A stretch of 64,000 nt of DNA from contig CAWFGE010000010.1 in NCBI GenBank assembly GCA_963815195.1, forward strand, positions 1-64,000. Direction: 5' to 3'. Below the pieces are notes generated by a model that worked only from the letters and a program-made list of their open reading frames with translations, did no database searches and had not been told where the DNA came from. Origin of the DNA: an uncultured Planctomycetaceae bacterium. GTDB lineage: Bacteria; Planctomycetota; Planctomycetia; Planctomycetales; Planctomycetaceae. The translations under genes were made by a program, and so were the position numbers. Of the stretch, positions 41,255 through 55,085 are shown piece after piece. Each line of letters begins with the position of its first letter. Position 1 is the first letter of the stretch.

Positions 41255-44200
41255 ATGCGGCAAAGATTGTCAGGGTTGTCCCGGCGGAGAGCTTGGCGGC
41301 GGGAGTTGAGTTTCGCCTCGGAAATCGAGCTCTTGGAAGATCGAACTCTTCTCGCCGTCGCGGGGCTAACGGGAGATCCCACCGATTATGCCGCGGATAG
41401 CATCCTCGTCCGCTACCGCGATGACAATCCCCACGAGTCGGCGGCCCCACAGAGTTCAGTGGGGAATTTTTTCACCGATGTTCCGGGTCTGCGAGTGGTG
41501 CATCTCAGTCAAGGCGTGACGGTGGCCGATGCCGTGGCGGACTACCGCTCGGACCCGAACGTGCTGTATGCCGAGCCGAATTACCTGGTCCATGTGGATC
41601 AGATTCCGAACGATCCGCAGTTCGACGCCCAGTGGGGCATGAACAATACCGGCCAAACCGGCGGCACGGTCGACGCCGACATCGATGCCCCTGAAGCCTG
41701 GAACTTCAACACCGGCCACGGCAACACCCTGGTCGCCGTGATCGACACCGGCGTGGACTACACGCACGAAGATTTGGCCCAGAACATCTGGGTCAATCCC
41801 GGCGAGATCCCCGGCGACGGGATCGACAACGACAACAACGGGTTCGTCGATGACATCCACGGCTACAATTTCGCCTACGGCAACGGCAACCCCTTGGACG
41901 ACCACGACCACGGCACGCACGTCGCGGGCATCATCGGGGCGGTGGGCAACAACGGCGTGGGCGTCGCCGGCGTGAACTGGGACGTCAAAATCATGGCCGT
42001 CAAGTTCCTCGACTACAGCGGCAGCGGTTCCATCAGCGATGCGATCCAGGGGATCTATTACGCGGTCAACAACGGGGCCCAGATCTCGAATAACAGTTGG
42101 GGCCTCAACGGAGCCTATTCGCAGGCCCTCCAGGATGCCCTCGAATACGCCCGCGACGCCGGGCACATCTTCGTCGCCGCCGCGGGCAATGGAAACAGCG
42201 CCGGCGTGGGCCAGAACAACGATCTGATCCCCTTCTGGCCGGCCAATCACGATTTGGACAACGTGGTTTCCGTGGCGGCTCTCGATCACAACGATCAAAT
42301 CGCCAGCTTCTCGAATTACGGAGCCACCACCGTCGATGTGGGCGCTCCGGGCGTGCATATCTTGAGCACGACTATCGACGACACCTACAGCACGTTCAGC
42401 GGCACCTCGATGGCCACGCCGCACGTCACGGGGCTGCTGTCGCTCATCTGGGACCAGCATCCCGATTGGAATTGGCAGCAGGTTCTCGATCGATTCTATG
42501 AAACACTGGAGCCGGTGGATTCGCTGCAGGGGATCACGGTCACCGGTTCGAAAATCAACGCCGCCGCCGCGGTGGGGCCGGATGTCACGGGGCCGCAGCT
42601 CAGGTTCACCGATCCCAGCGGGTTCATTTTCGATCCGATCCGTTCGATCCGCGTGCAAGCCAGCGAAGCCTTGGACCCGGCGAATTTCGGGCCCGAAAAT
42701 ATTTTGAGCTTCATGGGACCCAACGGCGAGATTCCCGTCACCGATGTGGTCCCCGTGCCGGGCGAACGCAATCGCATTTTCGAGATCCAGTTCCCGCTTC
42801 AGGATGTGATGGGGCCGTACCGCTTGACGTTGGGCGGCGGCATCACGGACATGGCGGGGAATGTGTTGGACCAGGACCGCGACGGCATTGGCGGCGAAGC
42901 GGTCGATGACACCTTCGATGCCGCGTTCGATCTCGTGCCTTTTTTCTCCAAGCTCGATTTTGGAACCTCTTCGTCGCCGGTGCAAAAAGGCTTCCAGCGG
43001 GTCGATCCTTCGATGGCTTACACCTCCGAGCGAGGCTTCGGTTGGACGGCGGGCACGATCGACACCCGCGACCGCGGGGACAATTCGGGCGACGATCTGA
43101 CGCGGGACTTCGACTATGCCACGGGAAGTGCGGAACTCGCGGTGGATGTCCCCGCCGAGCCCGCGGTGTACGACGTGACAATTACGATGGGCGACGGCTC
43201 CACCGGCACTGGGCCGCGCGACGACATCGCCATTTTCATCGAAGGCCAGCAACTCGCGACCGTCACCACCAACCCAGGCGAATATGTCGTCACAACGTTC
43301 CAGGTGACGATCTCCGACGGCCAGTTCAACCTGCGGTTGGAAGACCAGGGCGGCTCCGATCCGCTGGTGCTGATCAACGGGCTAGTGGTCGAAGCCGAGG
43401 GCCCGGACCTCGTCGGCCCGCGGGTCGTCAAATCCGTGCCCTCGACGGAAACCTCCGGACCGCTCGACCGCTTCACGATCACCTTCGATGAAGCCGTCGA
43501 TCCCAACAGCTTCACCACGGCCGATGTCATCAGCTTGACAGGGCCGTCGGGAGCGATCACGCCCACGGAAGTCCGCGAAGTCGCACCGACGATCTTCGAG
43601 ATCCTGTTCGCCCCGCAGACCGAACTCGGAGAATACAGCCTGACCATCGGCCCCGACATCGCCGACCTCGCGGGCAATCCGATGGACCAGGACGAAGACC
43701 GCGTGAACGGCGAGCCGCTTCAAGATACTTACAGCGCCTCCGCCGAGCTGGTTCCGATCCAGCCCTTCGACACGCAGTACGACTTCGGCGTGTATAACTC
43801 TCCCGTGGCGGCGGGTTATGTGCAGGTTTTGCCGAACACGACGTACAACAGCACGCAGGGCTTCGGCTGGGTGAGCGGGGCCATCGACGGCCGGGACCGC
43901 GGAGCGACCACCGGCGACGAGGCGACCCGCGACTTCAACTTCACCCCCCTCGGCACGTTCGTGGTCGATGTGCCCTCCGATGCGGTGTATAACGTCACGA
44001 TCACCATGGGCGACGGCCTGGGCTATGTCCGCGATGACATGGGCGTGTTTCTGGAAGGCGAACTCGTGGATTCCGTCACCGCCGACGGCACCCAGTACGC
44101 GGTGCGGACCTATCAAGTCCGCGTGACCGACGGGCAGTTGACCTTGAAACTGGACGACCTGGGCGGCGATCCGCTGGTGATGATCAACGCCCTCCACGTC

Positions 44201-46138
44201 GCCACCGCGCCGCCCGATACAAGCGGCCCGCAAGTGGTCGGCCTCGAAACCACCGAAGTCTTGGGCACGCTCGATCAGATGGTCGTCGTGTTCAACGAAA
44301 CCGTCGATGCCACCACGTTTACCCCGGGCGACGTGGCGAGCCTCGTCGGGCCGGATAACACCGAAATCCTCGTGACGAGCATCGAGCAGCTTACCGGGAC
44401 GAAGTTCGCAATCCACTTCGATGAGCAAACCGCCTTTGGAACCTACACCGTCGTGTTGGGGCCGGAGATTCGCGATCTTGTCGGCAACCGCATGGACCAG
44501 GACGGCGACGGCACCGATGCGGAAGTCCCCGACGACCAGTTCACCGGCACGCTCATGCTCTCGCCCCGGCCGCCGTTCGAGGCCCATCTGGATTTCGGCA
44601 CCTCGAGTTCCCCCGTCGCCGCGGGCTATTCGCAGATTTTGAAGAACACGAGCTATAACGCAGGGACCGGCTTCGGCTGGCTGAGCGGAGCCGTCGACAG
44701 CCGGGACCGCGGCGGAGCCAACGGCGACGATGCGACCCGCGACTTCAACTTCACCCAGTTGGCCACCTTCGCCGTCGATGTGCCCGAGGCGAGTTCCTAT
44801 CAAGTCACGCTGACAATGGGCGACGGCCTGGGTTATGTGCGGGACGACATGGGCATTTTTCTCGAAGGCACGTTTGTGGATTCGGTGACCGCCGACGGCG
44901 TCAACTATGCCGTCCGCACCTACACCGTGACCGTCACCGACGGACAGTTGACATTGAAATTGGACGACCTGGGCGGCGATCCGTTGGTGATGATCAACTC
45001 GCTCGACATTCTCGAAGTCGGCCCCGACACGACCAGCCCCTATGTCGTCAGCGTCGATCCCAGCGATGAGATCCCCGAAACACTCGACCGCTTCACCGTC
45101 ACTTTTGACGAGACGATGGACTCGGCGACCTTTACGCTCGACGATGTGGTGAATATCCAAGGGCCGAACGGTTCGATCACGCCCACGGCCGTCAATGCGC
45201 TGTCCGGATCGCAATTCGAAGTCGTCTTTGCCCCGCAAACCACGCCCGGCAATTATACCCTGACCATCGGCCCCGACATCAGGGACCTCGCGGGCAATCC
45301 CATGGACCAGGACGGCGACGGGACCGGCGGAGAAAATCCCGACGACCGCTTTCAAACGACGGTGGCGCTCATTCCCCGCCCGCCGTTTGTGGGCCTCTAT
45401 GACTTCGGCACCGCCACCTCGCCCGTCGCGGCGGGTTATACGCAGGTCCTGAAGACAAGCGCCTACTCCGCGAGCGCGGGCTTCGGCTGGCTGAGCGGTT
45501 CCGGAGTCGACAGCCGCGACCGCGGGGCTTCCACGGGCGATGACCTCACGCGGGATTTCAACTACACCCCGTACGGAACCTTCGTGGTCGATGTGCCCGC
45601 GGCCGGCGATTACGAAGTGACGATTACGATGGGCGACGGTCTCGGTTACGTCCGCGACAACATGGGCGTCTTCCTCGAAGGCCAGCAGGTGGATTCCGTC
45701 ACGACCGATGGCGTCAGCTATGCCGTCCGCACTTATACGGTGACCGTCACCGATGGACAACTCACGCTGCTCTTGGACGACCTGGGCGGCGATCCGTTGG
45801 TGATGATCAACGCCCTCGAAGTCCGCGAGATCGTCCAGACAACCGCTTTGTCCGTGACCGAACCTTCGAGCGCCGGAACATCGATCGAAAGCGTCCCGGG
45901 GCCGGTGTCAGTGAATGCTCTGGAAGGAATTTCCCATCACCACGGCAACCCCATCGGCATTTCCTTGCCCGCGGGTGCGAATGGCAATCCGGAATCCTCA
46001 CCGCCAAGCCCCGAACTCAAACCGCCGCTACCGGCGAGAGAGGAGGTCCTCGAACAAGTCTTCTCCCAAAGCTGGCCGCTGATTCTGGAACAACTGGACG
46101 GCAGCGTCTTGGGGTCAGTCGGTCCAAATTTCGTGTGA
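41255..46138 (+). CDS. Secreted S8 subtilisin-family peptidase with four Ig-like + galactose-binding-like repeat modules
   Basis: ELLEDRTLLA leader; VAVIDTG, HGTHVAG, AAAGN, SGTSMATPHV; 4x (I.DLAGN.MDQD.DG...DFG..SSPV..GY...GFGW). Confidence 0.93.
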   Translation: MRQRLSGLSRRRAWRRELSFASEIELLEDRTLLAVAGLTGDPTDYAADSILVRYRDDNPHESAAPQSSVGNFFTDVPGLRVVHLSQGVTVADAVADYRSDPNVLYAEPNYLVHVDQIPNDPQFDAQWGMNNTGQTGGTVDADIDAPEAWNFNTGHGNTLVAVIDTGVDYTHEDLAQNIWVNPGEIPGDGIDNDNNGFVDDIHGYNFAYGNGNPLDDHDHGTHVAGIIGAVGNNGVGVAGVNWDVKIMAVKFLDYSGSGSISDAIQGIYYAVNNGAQISNNSWGLNGAYSQALQDALEYARDAGHIFVAAAGNGNSAGVGQNNDLIPFWPANHDLDNVVSVAALDHNDQIASFSNYGATTVDVGAPGVHILSTTIDDTYSTFSGTSMATPHVTGLLSLIWDQHPDWNWQQVLDRFYETLEPVDSLQGITVTGSKINAAAAVGPDVTGPQLRFTDPSGFIFDPIRSIRVQASEALDPANFGPENILSFMGPNGEIPVTDVVPVPGERNRIFEIQFPLQDVMGPYRLTLGGGITDMAGNVLDQDRDGIGGEAVDDTFDAAFDLVPFFSKLDFGTSSSPVQKGFQRVDPSMAYTSERGFGWTAGTIDTRDRGDNSGDDLTRDFDYATGSAELAVDVPAEPAVYDVTITMGDGSTGTGPRDDIAIFIEGQQLATVTTNPGEYVVTTFQVTISDGQFNLRLEDQGGSDPLVLINGLVVEAEGPDLVGPRVVKSVPSTETSGPLDRFTITFDEAVDPNSFTTADVISLTGPSGAITPTEVREVAPTIFEILFAPQTELGEYSLTIGPDIADLAGNPMDQDEDRVNGEPLQDTYSASAELVPIQPFDTQYDFGVYNSPVAAGYVQVLPNTTYNSTQGFGWVSGAIDGRDRGATTGDEATRDFNFTPLGTFVVDVPSDAVYNVTITMGDGLGYVRDDMGVFLEGELVDSVTADGTQYAVRTYQVRVTDGQLTLKLDDLGGDPLVMINALHVATAPPDTSGPQVVGLETTEVLGTLDQMVVVFNETVDATTFTPGDVASLVGPDNTEILVTSIEQLTGTKFAIHFDEQTAFGTYTVVLGPEIRDLVGNRMDQDGDGTDAEVPDDQFTGTLMLSPRPPFEAHLDFGTSSSPVAAGYSQILKNTSYNAGTGFGWLSGAVDSRDRGGANGDDATRDFNFTQLATFAVDVPEASSYQVTLTMGDGLGYVRDDMGIFLEGTFVDSVTADGVNYAVRTYTVTVTDGQLTLKLDDLGGDPLVMINSLDILEVGPDTTSPYVVSVDPSDEIPETLDRFTVTFDETMDSATFTLDDVVNIQGPNGSITPTAVNALSGSQFEVVFAPQTTPGNYTLTIGPDIRDLAGNPMDQDGDGTGGENPDDRFQTTVALIPRPPFVGLYDFGTATSPVAAGYTQVLKTSAYSASAGFGWLSGSGVDSRDRGASTGDDLTRDFNYTPYGTFVVDVPAAGDYEVTITMGDGLGYVRDNMGVFLEGQQVDSVTTDGVSYAVRTYTVTVTDGQLTLLLDDLGGDPLVMINALEVREIVQTTALSVTEPSSAGTSIESVPGPVSVNALEGISHHHGNPIGISLPAGANGNPESSPPSPELKPPLPAREEVLEQVFSQSWPLILEQLDGSVLGSVGPNFV

Positions 46139-46214
46139 TGGTGCTGCCCTCAAAATCAAGGCCGGCGGCTAGCGCCAGCCGCTCACTTTTACGTTCTGAG
46201 GGTTTGGATTCTCG

Positions 46215-48005
<1,791 letters not shown>

Positions 48006-48159
48006 GGGATAGCCAATCTCTCTATCTATTGAGCTCGAACGGTAAGTGCAAAATTCTTGAACCGCGGATAACGCGGATTTTCGCGGATAAAAATGGAACG
48101 ATGATTCAAATGGAATCCAAGTTTTTGCCGCGAACTGCGGGTATAATCCCTTCTTTAGA

Positions 48160-51100
48160 TCAGCGATTCCCGCACCCCTGGCAAAGCCAGTGGCACACCT
48201 TGTTACGGACTTGCGCCTTCGCGCGAGATGTGTTTTCTTCGACGACCGGCGCACCGGGCAAAAGCTGAGCCTTGGGGTCTTCCGGGGGTTTATCCAACAG
48301 GAGAAACGCGAACAAGTCCACGATTTCCTGCGGTTTGAGTTGCTTTTCGATGCCTTCGGGCATCAGCGAGACCTGACTTTGCTTGACGGCGGCGACTTCG
48401 TTCCGCGGGATCGTTTCCAACTTGCCGCCCTGGACTTTGAGCACGATCCGCTGCTCGCTGTTTTCCACGACCAAACCCGCCAGCACCCGGCCTTCCTCCG
48501 TGGCCACGGTCAGCGGTCGATAGTCCGACCCGATGACCAGACTCGGATCGAACACGTTGGACAAGAGTTGGTCAAACGAAGCCCGGCCGTTCGAGGTAAT
48601 GTCCGGCCCGACCTCTTTGCCCTCGCCGTAGATTTTGTGGCATTGAGCGCAGAGCTTGTTGAAGGCCACGCGGCCGCGGATGGCATCGCCGGGCGTGGTT
48701 TGGATGAGGTTTTTCATCTTGGCGACGAATTGCTCCCGCGCGGGGTCGCGGCCCACGCGAACCACGCCCCAATGCTCGCGGACCGCTTTCGCAAGCTCCG
48801 CATCGTTCTGCGCCAGGAGCTTTCGCACCTGATTGATGTTCAACACGCTCGCCGGAAGCTTTTTTGTACCGATCGCGGCCAGCAGCGACTTGCTCCAACC
48901 GGGCCGCTGCGTGAGCAGTTCCACCGCTTTGGGTTGGAGATCGTTTTCCATCCGCGGATAAGCCGAGAGCACCACGACCGCCACTTGATCGGAAGACACG
49001 CGGCCCAACTCCGCCAGAGCGGATTCGCGAAGTTCCAAAGGCTGATTCTTGGAATCCATCAAAATCGGCTGCACATCGGAGAGGACATGCTCGTCCTTGG
49101 CCGAGACCAACGCCTGTAGCGCCTGGAGCCGATGCTGCGGCGCGAGTTTGCGGTTCGCCAGCAACACACGGCAGGCGGCGATGGCACGAGGTTCTTTCCA
49201 CGAAGCCGCAAGCCCCAACGCATCGAAGAACAACGGGTTATCTTCCGGGATGCCGAATTTGACGATCTCGGCCAACTGTGGATCGAGCCGAGACTGCAAA
49301 ACCTTTAACTCGTCGCCCGCCAACTCGCGAGTTTGCACGCGCTCGGCCAGGAGCTTCAAACAGGTCTGGGCGGCGTCCCGGTTGGACTTTGGATCTTTCA
49401 GCAAAGCCGTGAGCAACAGCCCCACGCTCTCGGCACCCGTTTTTTTGATGGCCAATATCCGATCCACCACCCGCGGCAGGATGCGCACCACCGCAGGCTT
49501 TTGGAGCAATTGCTCCTTCAAAATCGCCTCCAAAAACGGCCGGCTGTTTGTTTCCAAGAGCGGATGCAGGTTCTGCCAGACAATATGGGGAATCACCGGA
49601 TCATTGCCGGCGTTGGAAAGCACGGCGAGCAGCGTGGGAATTGTTTCCACGGCGTCGAGCTTCGGAGCCGCGATTGCGACCTGGAGTTTGACATCGGGAG
49701 ACGGATCATCCGAAAGGGCTGCGACGCCAGCGGCGATCAGCGGTTTCACCTTTCCGAAATTCCCCGCCGCCCGCACACCCCACGCGCGAAGGCTGGGACT
49801 TTTATGCGAGAGCAACTGCGAATGAAACTCCGGCCGCAGGCTTTGCGTCCCCACAATCGCGAACAACGCATGCATGCAGGTCTTGTGCGGCACCTCGGAA
49901 TCGAGCACCAACTCTTCCAGCTTCGCATTGGCCGCGGGGTGGTTGCGTTCGGCTAGCAGCCGCTGGGCGATGTCGCGGTAAAATACGTTCGGGCTTTTCA
50001 AGCGTTCGATGAGTTCGTCGTCGGTTTCTTTCGCGAGATTGAACTTCTTCGCCCGCGGCGTGTTTTTGTAGCGGATGCGATACAGCCGGCCGTGCAGGCG
50101 GTCGAGGCCCTTCGGATCGCGGCGGGCATCTTGATAGCAGTGATAGCGGTCGTACCAATCCAAAACCCACAGGCAGCCGTCGGGTCCGGTCTTTTGAGCG
50201 ACGGGCATGAACCACACATCGTTCGCGGTCAGAAAATCCGGCCGGGGCGTGGCGAAGTACGTGGAACCATCCCGGCGGAGGGTATCCACATTGATGCAGC
50301 CGCCGTGGATGTTGCCCATGTAGAGATGGTCGCGGTATTCCTTGGGATACGCGTCGCTGTCGAAATAATGAATCCCGCAGTAAGCCGCCATCTGGTGCTG
50401 GTGCTTGACGATGGAGCCGAGCTTCCAAGTGAACGGCGGATAGGGGCCGCCCTGGCGATGGTAATAACCGCTTTCCGTAATGTGCCAAAGATGGTCGATC
50501 ACGCAGGCGCTCAAAAACGCGCTGCCTTCCGGATCCCAGGCGATGCCCCACGGATTGCTCGTGCCCTCGGCGAACACTTGAAACTCCCGCGTTCGCGGAT
50601 TGATCCGAAACAGAGCGCAGGTGAATGGAAAGCCTTCGGGATGATCTTTCGCATGCGGGGACGACGGCGGATATTTGACGTGGCTGTGATTGAACACGCC
50701 GTTTAAGCCGTACAGAAAACCGTCCGGCCCCCAGGTCAACGAGTTGGGCAATTCGTGCGTATCCGCGCGGCCGAAGCCCGTGACGACGACTTCCCGGCGG
50801 TCGGCTTTCAGATCGCCATCGGTGTCTTCGAGAAACAGAATGTCCGGAGCATTCGCGACCCATACGCCGCCGAAGCCCACGGCGATCCCGGAAGGAATAT
50901 TGAGCCCGTCCGCGAAGATCGTCGTCTTATCGATCGTGCCGTCGCTGTCGGTGTCTTCCAGAACTTTCACGCGGTCCCGGCCTTGGCCCGGCGAGGAGCG
51001 GGGATACTCGAGCGACTCCGTGACCCACACCCGGCCCTGTTCGTCGAAGGTCATCGCCACCGGGTTCACCAAATCCGGCTCGCTCACGACCAGTTCGACC

Positions 51101-51276
51101 GAAAAACCTTCGGGCACGGTCATCTTCTTTATGGCTTCCGCCGGAGAAAGCGGCGGCCCCGGTAGCTTGGTTTGCTTCCGCGGGATGAACGTCTCCTGGG
51201 CGGAAAGCGAACCGGCAAAAAAGAAAACCAGCCCCGCGCCGAGCCAGACGGGAAGAACAGAGTTGAGCGACTTCAT
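48160..51276 (-). CDS. PVC-type heme-binding CxxCH membrane-bound dehydrogenase-domain protein
   Basis: [12 protein letters not shown], beta-propeller, HEAT region, CAQCH...VGPD, SLMPEG. Confidence 0.92.
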   Translation of the reverse strand: MKSLNSVLPVWLGAGLVFFFAGSLSAQETFIPRKQTKLPGPPLSPAEAIKKMTVPEGFSVELVVSEPDLVNPVAMTFDEQGRVWVTESLEYPRSSPGQGRDRVKVLEDTDSDGTIDKTTIFADGLNIPSGIAVGFGGVWVANAPDILFLEDTDGDLKADRREVVVTGFGRADTHELPNSLTWGPDGFLYGLNGVFNHSHVKYPPSSPHAKDHPEGFPFTCALFRINPRTREFQVFAEGTSNPWGIAWDPEGSAFLSACVIDHLWHITESGYYHRQGGPYPPFTWKLGSIVKHQHQMAAYCGIHYFDSDAYPKEYRDHLYMGNIHGGCINVDTLRRDGSTYFATPRPDFLTANDVWFMPVAQKTGPDGCLWVLDWYDRYHCYQDARRDPKGLDRLHGRLYRIRYKNTPRAKKFNLAKETDDELIERLKSPNVFYRDIAQRLLAERNHPAANAKLEELVLDSEVPHKTCMHALFAIVGTQSLRPEFHSQLLSHKSPSLRAWGVRAAGNFGKVKPLIAAGVAALSDDPSPDVKLQVAIAAPKLDAVETIPTLLAVLSNAGNDPVIPHIVWQNLHPLLETNSRPFLEAILKEQLLQKPAVVRILPRVVDRILAIKKTGAESVGLLLTALLKDPKSNRDAAQTCLKLLAERVQTRELAGDELKVLQSRLDPQLAEIVKFGIPEDNPLFFDALGLAASWKEPRAIAACRVLLANRKLAPQHRLQALQALVSAKDEHVLSDVQPILMDSKNQPLELRESALAELGRVSSDQVAVVVLSAYPRMENDLQPKAVELLTQRPGWSKSLLAAIGTKKLPASVLNINQVRKLLAQNDAELAKAVREHWGVVRVGRDPAREQFVAKMKNLIQTTPGDAIRGRVAFNKLCAQCHKIYGEGKEVGPDITSNGRASFDQLLSNVFDPSLVIGSDYRPLTVATEEGRVLAGLVVENSEQRIVLKVQGGKLETIPRNEVAAVKQSQVSLMPEGIEKQLKPQEIVDLFAFLLLDKPPEDPKAQLLPGAPVVEENTSRAKAQVRNKVCHWLCQGCGNR

Positions 51277-51512
51277 GGAGCAACCTCGAATCGCGGAATG
51301 GAGAAATCGGTATTTGGCCGATTGTAGCGCGAAACGAGAACGAGAATCAACGCGCTCGGCCGAGTGAAGGCAGAGGCCCTCTGCAACGCAGCCAGCCCCA
51401 AGTCAGCCGAGCTTGAGCCGAGTCGGTTCGATCCGAACTGACAGAGCCAACGGCGATTCCGCCCTGGCCAAAAACGTTTCCGATTGGGAGACCGCACCTT
51501 GGTCCGGTGCCC

Positions 51513-53094
51513 TTAACGTTCAATCGGCTCTTTCTCAAAGTCGCTGGGCGAGACCCAGCCGGCTCTGAGTTTTTCGCCCTTCATGTAGCGTTCGTAGAAG
51601 CCCCGACCGTCGGGGTTGGCGTAGAGGTATTCCTCGAACACATTCCCCTTGCCGAACATCCGCGGGTCGCCTTGTTGTTTGAGTTCCGCCGTTAGTTGCT
51701 TCTGCAATTTCTGCTTGATCTCGGCGTGCTGCGAGTCGTTCGCCAGGTTGTGCAGGCAATCGGGATCGGTCTTCAGATCGTAAAGTTCTTCCGCCGGGCG
51801 TTTCCCGAAGCAGAGTTCCCAAAATTTCCCTCCTTCAGACATCGTGCGGCCTTGAAGGATCAGCGTTTTCGTCGGGCCGCCGTCGCAGTTGAGGTAACCG
51901 GTTTCGGGATTGCCGCCCGGCCAGCGGTCGGTCTCGAAATTCCGGACGTAAAGCATGCCGTTCTTCACGATGCCTCGGATCGGATAACCCCAATCGTGCG
52001 GCCGGCCGATGTCGTGGCGTTCCTTGCCCACGAGCACATGATCCCGCTGCGGGTTGACCTGCCCGGATTTTTCCGAAAACAAAATGTCCGTCAAGCTCCG
52101 CCCGGGCGAAGGGGACATGCCGGTGTCATCCCACTTGAGTCCCGCGACTTCGACGAACGTGGGGGCGATGTCGGCGAAGCTCACATAATCCTCCACCACG
52201 CGGCCGGGGTTTTTGAGGCCCCGCTTCCACATGATCGCCATCGGCACGTGGTTCGAATAATTGTAAGCCTGCCCCTTGCAGCGCGGAAAGGGCATCCCGT
52301 GGTCCGAAGTCGCGACGACGAGCGTGTTGCCCAAAAGGCCGCGCTCGTCCAAGGCGTTGAGCATGCGGTCCAGGTGATGATCGAAATGCTCGACTTCGAC
52401 CGCGTAGTCCAAAATGTCGTTGCGGACGGTCTCGTTGTCCGGCCAGAAGCCGGGGACGTGCCCGATGTCTGTAATCTTCTTGCCCCGCTCGGCTCCCGCG
52501 CCTTTTTGATAGCCCCGGTGCGGTTCGGTGGCTCCGTACCAGAAACACCAGGGTTTGTCCTTGGGGGCGGCTTTCAGGAAATCCTCGAAGTTGCTCGCGT
52601 AGTCGTTCGCGCTGACGTTGCCCACCTCCGGCTTCGCCTTCCGGCGATTGAAGCCTTGGCCGGTCATGGGCCGCGGTTTGCCGTCGGCGGTCTTCGCGAC
52701 GCCCGGCCCCCAGCCCTTGCCAGTGTAGCCCACAAAGTAGCCGGTCTCGGACAGCACCTCGGTATAAACTTTGAACTTCGCGGGAAAATAGCAAATGTGG
52801 TTCGCGGCATCTTCCAACTGCCAGGAGTTCCGCCCGGTCAGCAAAATCGACCGCGACGGGCAGCACTTGGCGTTCGGCGTGAAGGCATTCGTAAACCGCA
52901 CCCCGCCCTTCGCCACCCGGTCAAAGCCCGGCGTATTGACCCACTTGCAGCCATCCACGCTCGAATGCCCATGCGACCAATCGTCCGCCATCGCAAACAA
53001 AATGTTCGGCTTCGCGTCTGGGGCATCGGCGGCGACAGACTCTTGTGCCGATCAAACCCAAAAGAAGAAGAAAGCAACAGCGGTAATATCTCAT
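51513..53094 (-). CDS. Sulfatase (heparan N-sulfatase-like); frameshift in the signal region near 53050
   Basis: [41 protein letters not shown]. Confidence 0.9.
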
Positions 53095-53284
53095 GATCCA
53101 AGCCTCGGCCAAGATTCTCGAATGAAACACAGCCCATCGTTTCGTTCAACAATATCCACTTGGGCGCATTCCCGCCAGCGCTGCCCGGCGAACCCCCGCC
53201 CCGGCAATTGTCACCGCTTCCGTTCTGCGATAGGATCCATCTCATCGATTGATCCACTCTTGGTTAGCACAGGGAGATTCCACG

Positions 53285-53999
53285 ATGAGATTCACAAGTT
53301 GGCTGGCGGTGCTGTGTTTGATCTCGGCGGGAGCGAGGGCAGCGGACTATCCGCCATTGAAGGGAGAATTCCAGCCTAAGAAGATGATGAATGGCTTGCC
53401 GTTGGTGTTCTCGGACGATTTCGACTCCGGCAAAGCCTCGCACTGGGAACCCACCGACAAGTCCGCCTGGACGGTGAAAGACCAGGCCGGCAACAAAGTG
53501 TATGCCCTCACCAAAAAGAAAAGCGACTTCAACCCGCCCACGCGGTCGCCGTTCAACCGCTCGCTGGTGAAAGGCGTCGTCGTGGAGAGTTTTGTGTTCG
53601 ATGTGCATCTGCAATCCACGCACCCCGATTACGCGCATCGCGATTTGTGCCTGTTCTTCGGCTATCAGGACGATTCGCATTTGTATTACGTGCACTTCGG
53701 CAAGAAGACCGACGACCACGCCAATCAGATTTTCATCGTCAACGACAGCGACCGCAAAAAGATTTCCACCAAGACCACGCCCGGCACCGATTGGAACGAT
53801 GAATGGCATCACGCCCGGATTGTCCGCGACGCCGAGAGCGGTAAAATCGATGTGTACTTCGACGATATGAAAACCCCGGTGATGACCGCGAATGATAAAA
53901 CATTCTCCGACGGGCCGCGTGGGCGTGGGTTCCTTCGACGACACCGGCCAGTTCGATCGGATCTTGCTGTATGGGAACAAAGTCGAAACCGACAAGTAA
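53285..53999 (+). CDS. Secreted beta-jelly-roll protein (DUF1080-like); frameshift near 53913
   Basis: Signal peptide, FSDDF, WHHARI...I.VYFD; alternative frame continues GRVGVGSFDDTGQFD. Confidence 0.75.
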
Positions 54000-54021
54000 T
54001 TTCAGTAGTTCCAAAAAAAGC

Positions 54022-54143
54022 TTGGTTTCCCTAGAGCCGCGCACGAAGTAAGCGGTTTTTGTTGGTTTCCTTAGAGCCGCGCACGAAGTAAGCGGTTTTT
54101 CAAGATCAGAGAACGCAAGACCGCTTACTTCGTGCGCGGCTCT
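54022..54143. repeat. REP-like cluster: two tandem 40-bp copies plus one inverted copy
   Basis: TAGAGCCGCGCACGAAGTAAGCGGTTTTT twice, then CCGCTTACTTCGTGCGCGGCTCT. Confidence 0.9.
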
Positions 54144-54191
54144 CGCCTTTCTCCGCGGCGGTTGGAAGCCGACGCGACGAAGAAGAATGGC

Positions 54192-55085
54192 ATGAGTCTG
54201 TCTCCCTATCATTTGGGCTGCCCGGTTTGGGCGAATCCGCAGTGGGCGGGTTCCTTCTACACGAGGAAAGCCGCCCGCGCGGACTTCTTGCCGCAGTACT
54301 CCCAGGTGTTTAACACCGTCGAAGTCAGCAGCACGTTTTATGCGATCCCGCCGATCGAAACGGTGCGCCGCTGGGCGGACGAGGTGCAATCCGGGTTTCG
54401 GTTCTGCCTGAAGTTCCCGCGCGTGATCAGCCACGACAAAAAGCTCATCAGCGTCGGCTACGAAACCTCGGCCTTTCTGGAACTCCTGAAAGTGCTCGGC
54501 GAGGCGGAGCGTTTGGGGCCTGCATTTTTGCAGTTGGGGCCGAATTTCTCCGCGCGGGATTTTCCCCGGCTGCGGGCGTATTTGGAACGCCTGCCGCGGG
54601 ATTTTCCTTATGCCGTCGAAGTCCGGCACGCCGATTACTTCGACAGCGGCCGGCATGAGTCGGCCCTCAATCAGATGCTGGCCGAGTTGCAGATGGACCG
54701 CGTGCTGCTCGACAGCCGGCCCTTGTTTTCCGCCCCCGCCAGCACCGAAGCCGAGGCGCGTTCCCAGGAACGAAAACCCCGCGTCCCAGTGCGTTACGAC
54801 ACGACGGCCCAATCGCCGCTCGTGCGGTTGATCGGCCGCGATGATTTAAGCACGCTCGTCCCCTGGGTTGAAGAATGGGCGAAGATCGTCGTCGATTGGC
54901 TCGAAGCCGGCAAAACGCCGTTCGTCTTCACGCACACGCCCAACGACATTTACGCCCCCGCGTTCGGCCGCTTGTTCCACGAAGCCGTCCGCCGGCACCG
55001 CCCCGCCGTTCACGCCATGCCCGATTGGCCCGCCGAGACCGAACCCCCGCCGGTGAAGCAACGGCGGCTGTTCGGGGAGGATTAA
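54192..55085 (+). CDS. DUF72 family protein (YecE-like)
   Basis: LGCPVW...YSQVFNTVE..TFYAIP...FRFCLKFPRVISH...AVEVRH. Confidence 0.92.
   Translation: MSLSPYHLGCPVWANPQWAGSFYTRKAARADFLPQYSQVFNTVEVSSTFYAIPPIETVRRWADEVQSGFRFCLKFPRVISHDKKLISVGYETSAFLELLKVLGEAERLGPAFLQLGPNFSARDFPRLRAYLERLPRDFPYAVEVRHADYFDSGRHESALNQMLAELQMDRVLLDSRPLFSAPASTEAEARSQERKPRVPVRYDTTAQSPLVRLIGRDDLSTLVPWVEEWAKIVVDWLEAGKTPFVFTHTPNDIYAPAFGRLFHEAVRRHRPAVHAMPDWPAETEPPPVKQRRLFGED

Noticed and set aside
43382..45760. Long antisense ORFs (also 35327-36841, 41456-43252, 51696-53096, 56261-57676)
   Set aside because: Shadows of GC-rich genes on the opposite strand with no recognisable motifs
48160..48200. Cys-rich tail CHWLCQGC as a second heme or metal site
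   Set aside because: It is encoded by a short palindromic REP-like sequence (GTGCCACTGGCTTTGCCAG) and is not a CxxCH motif
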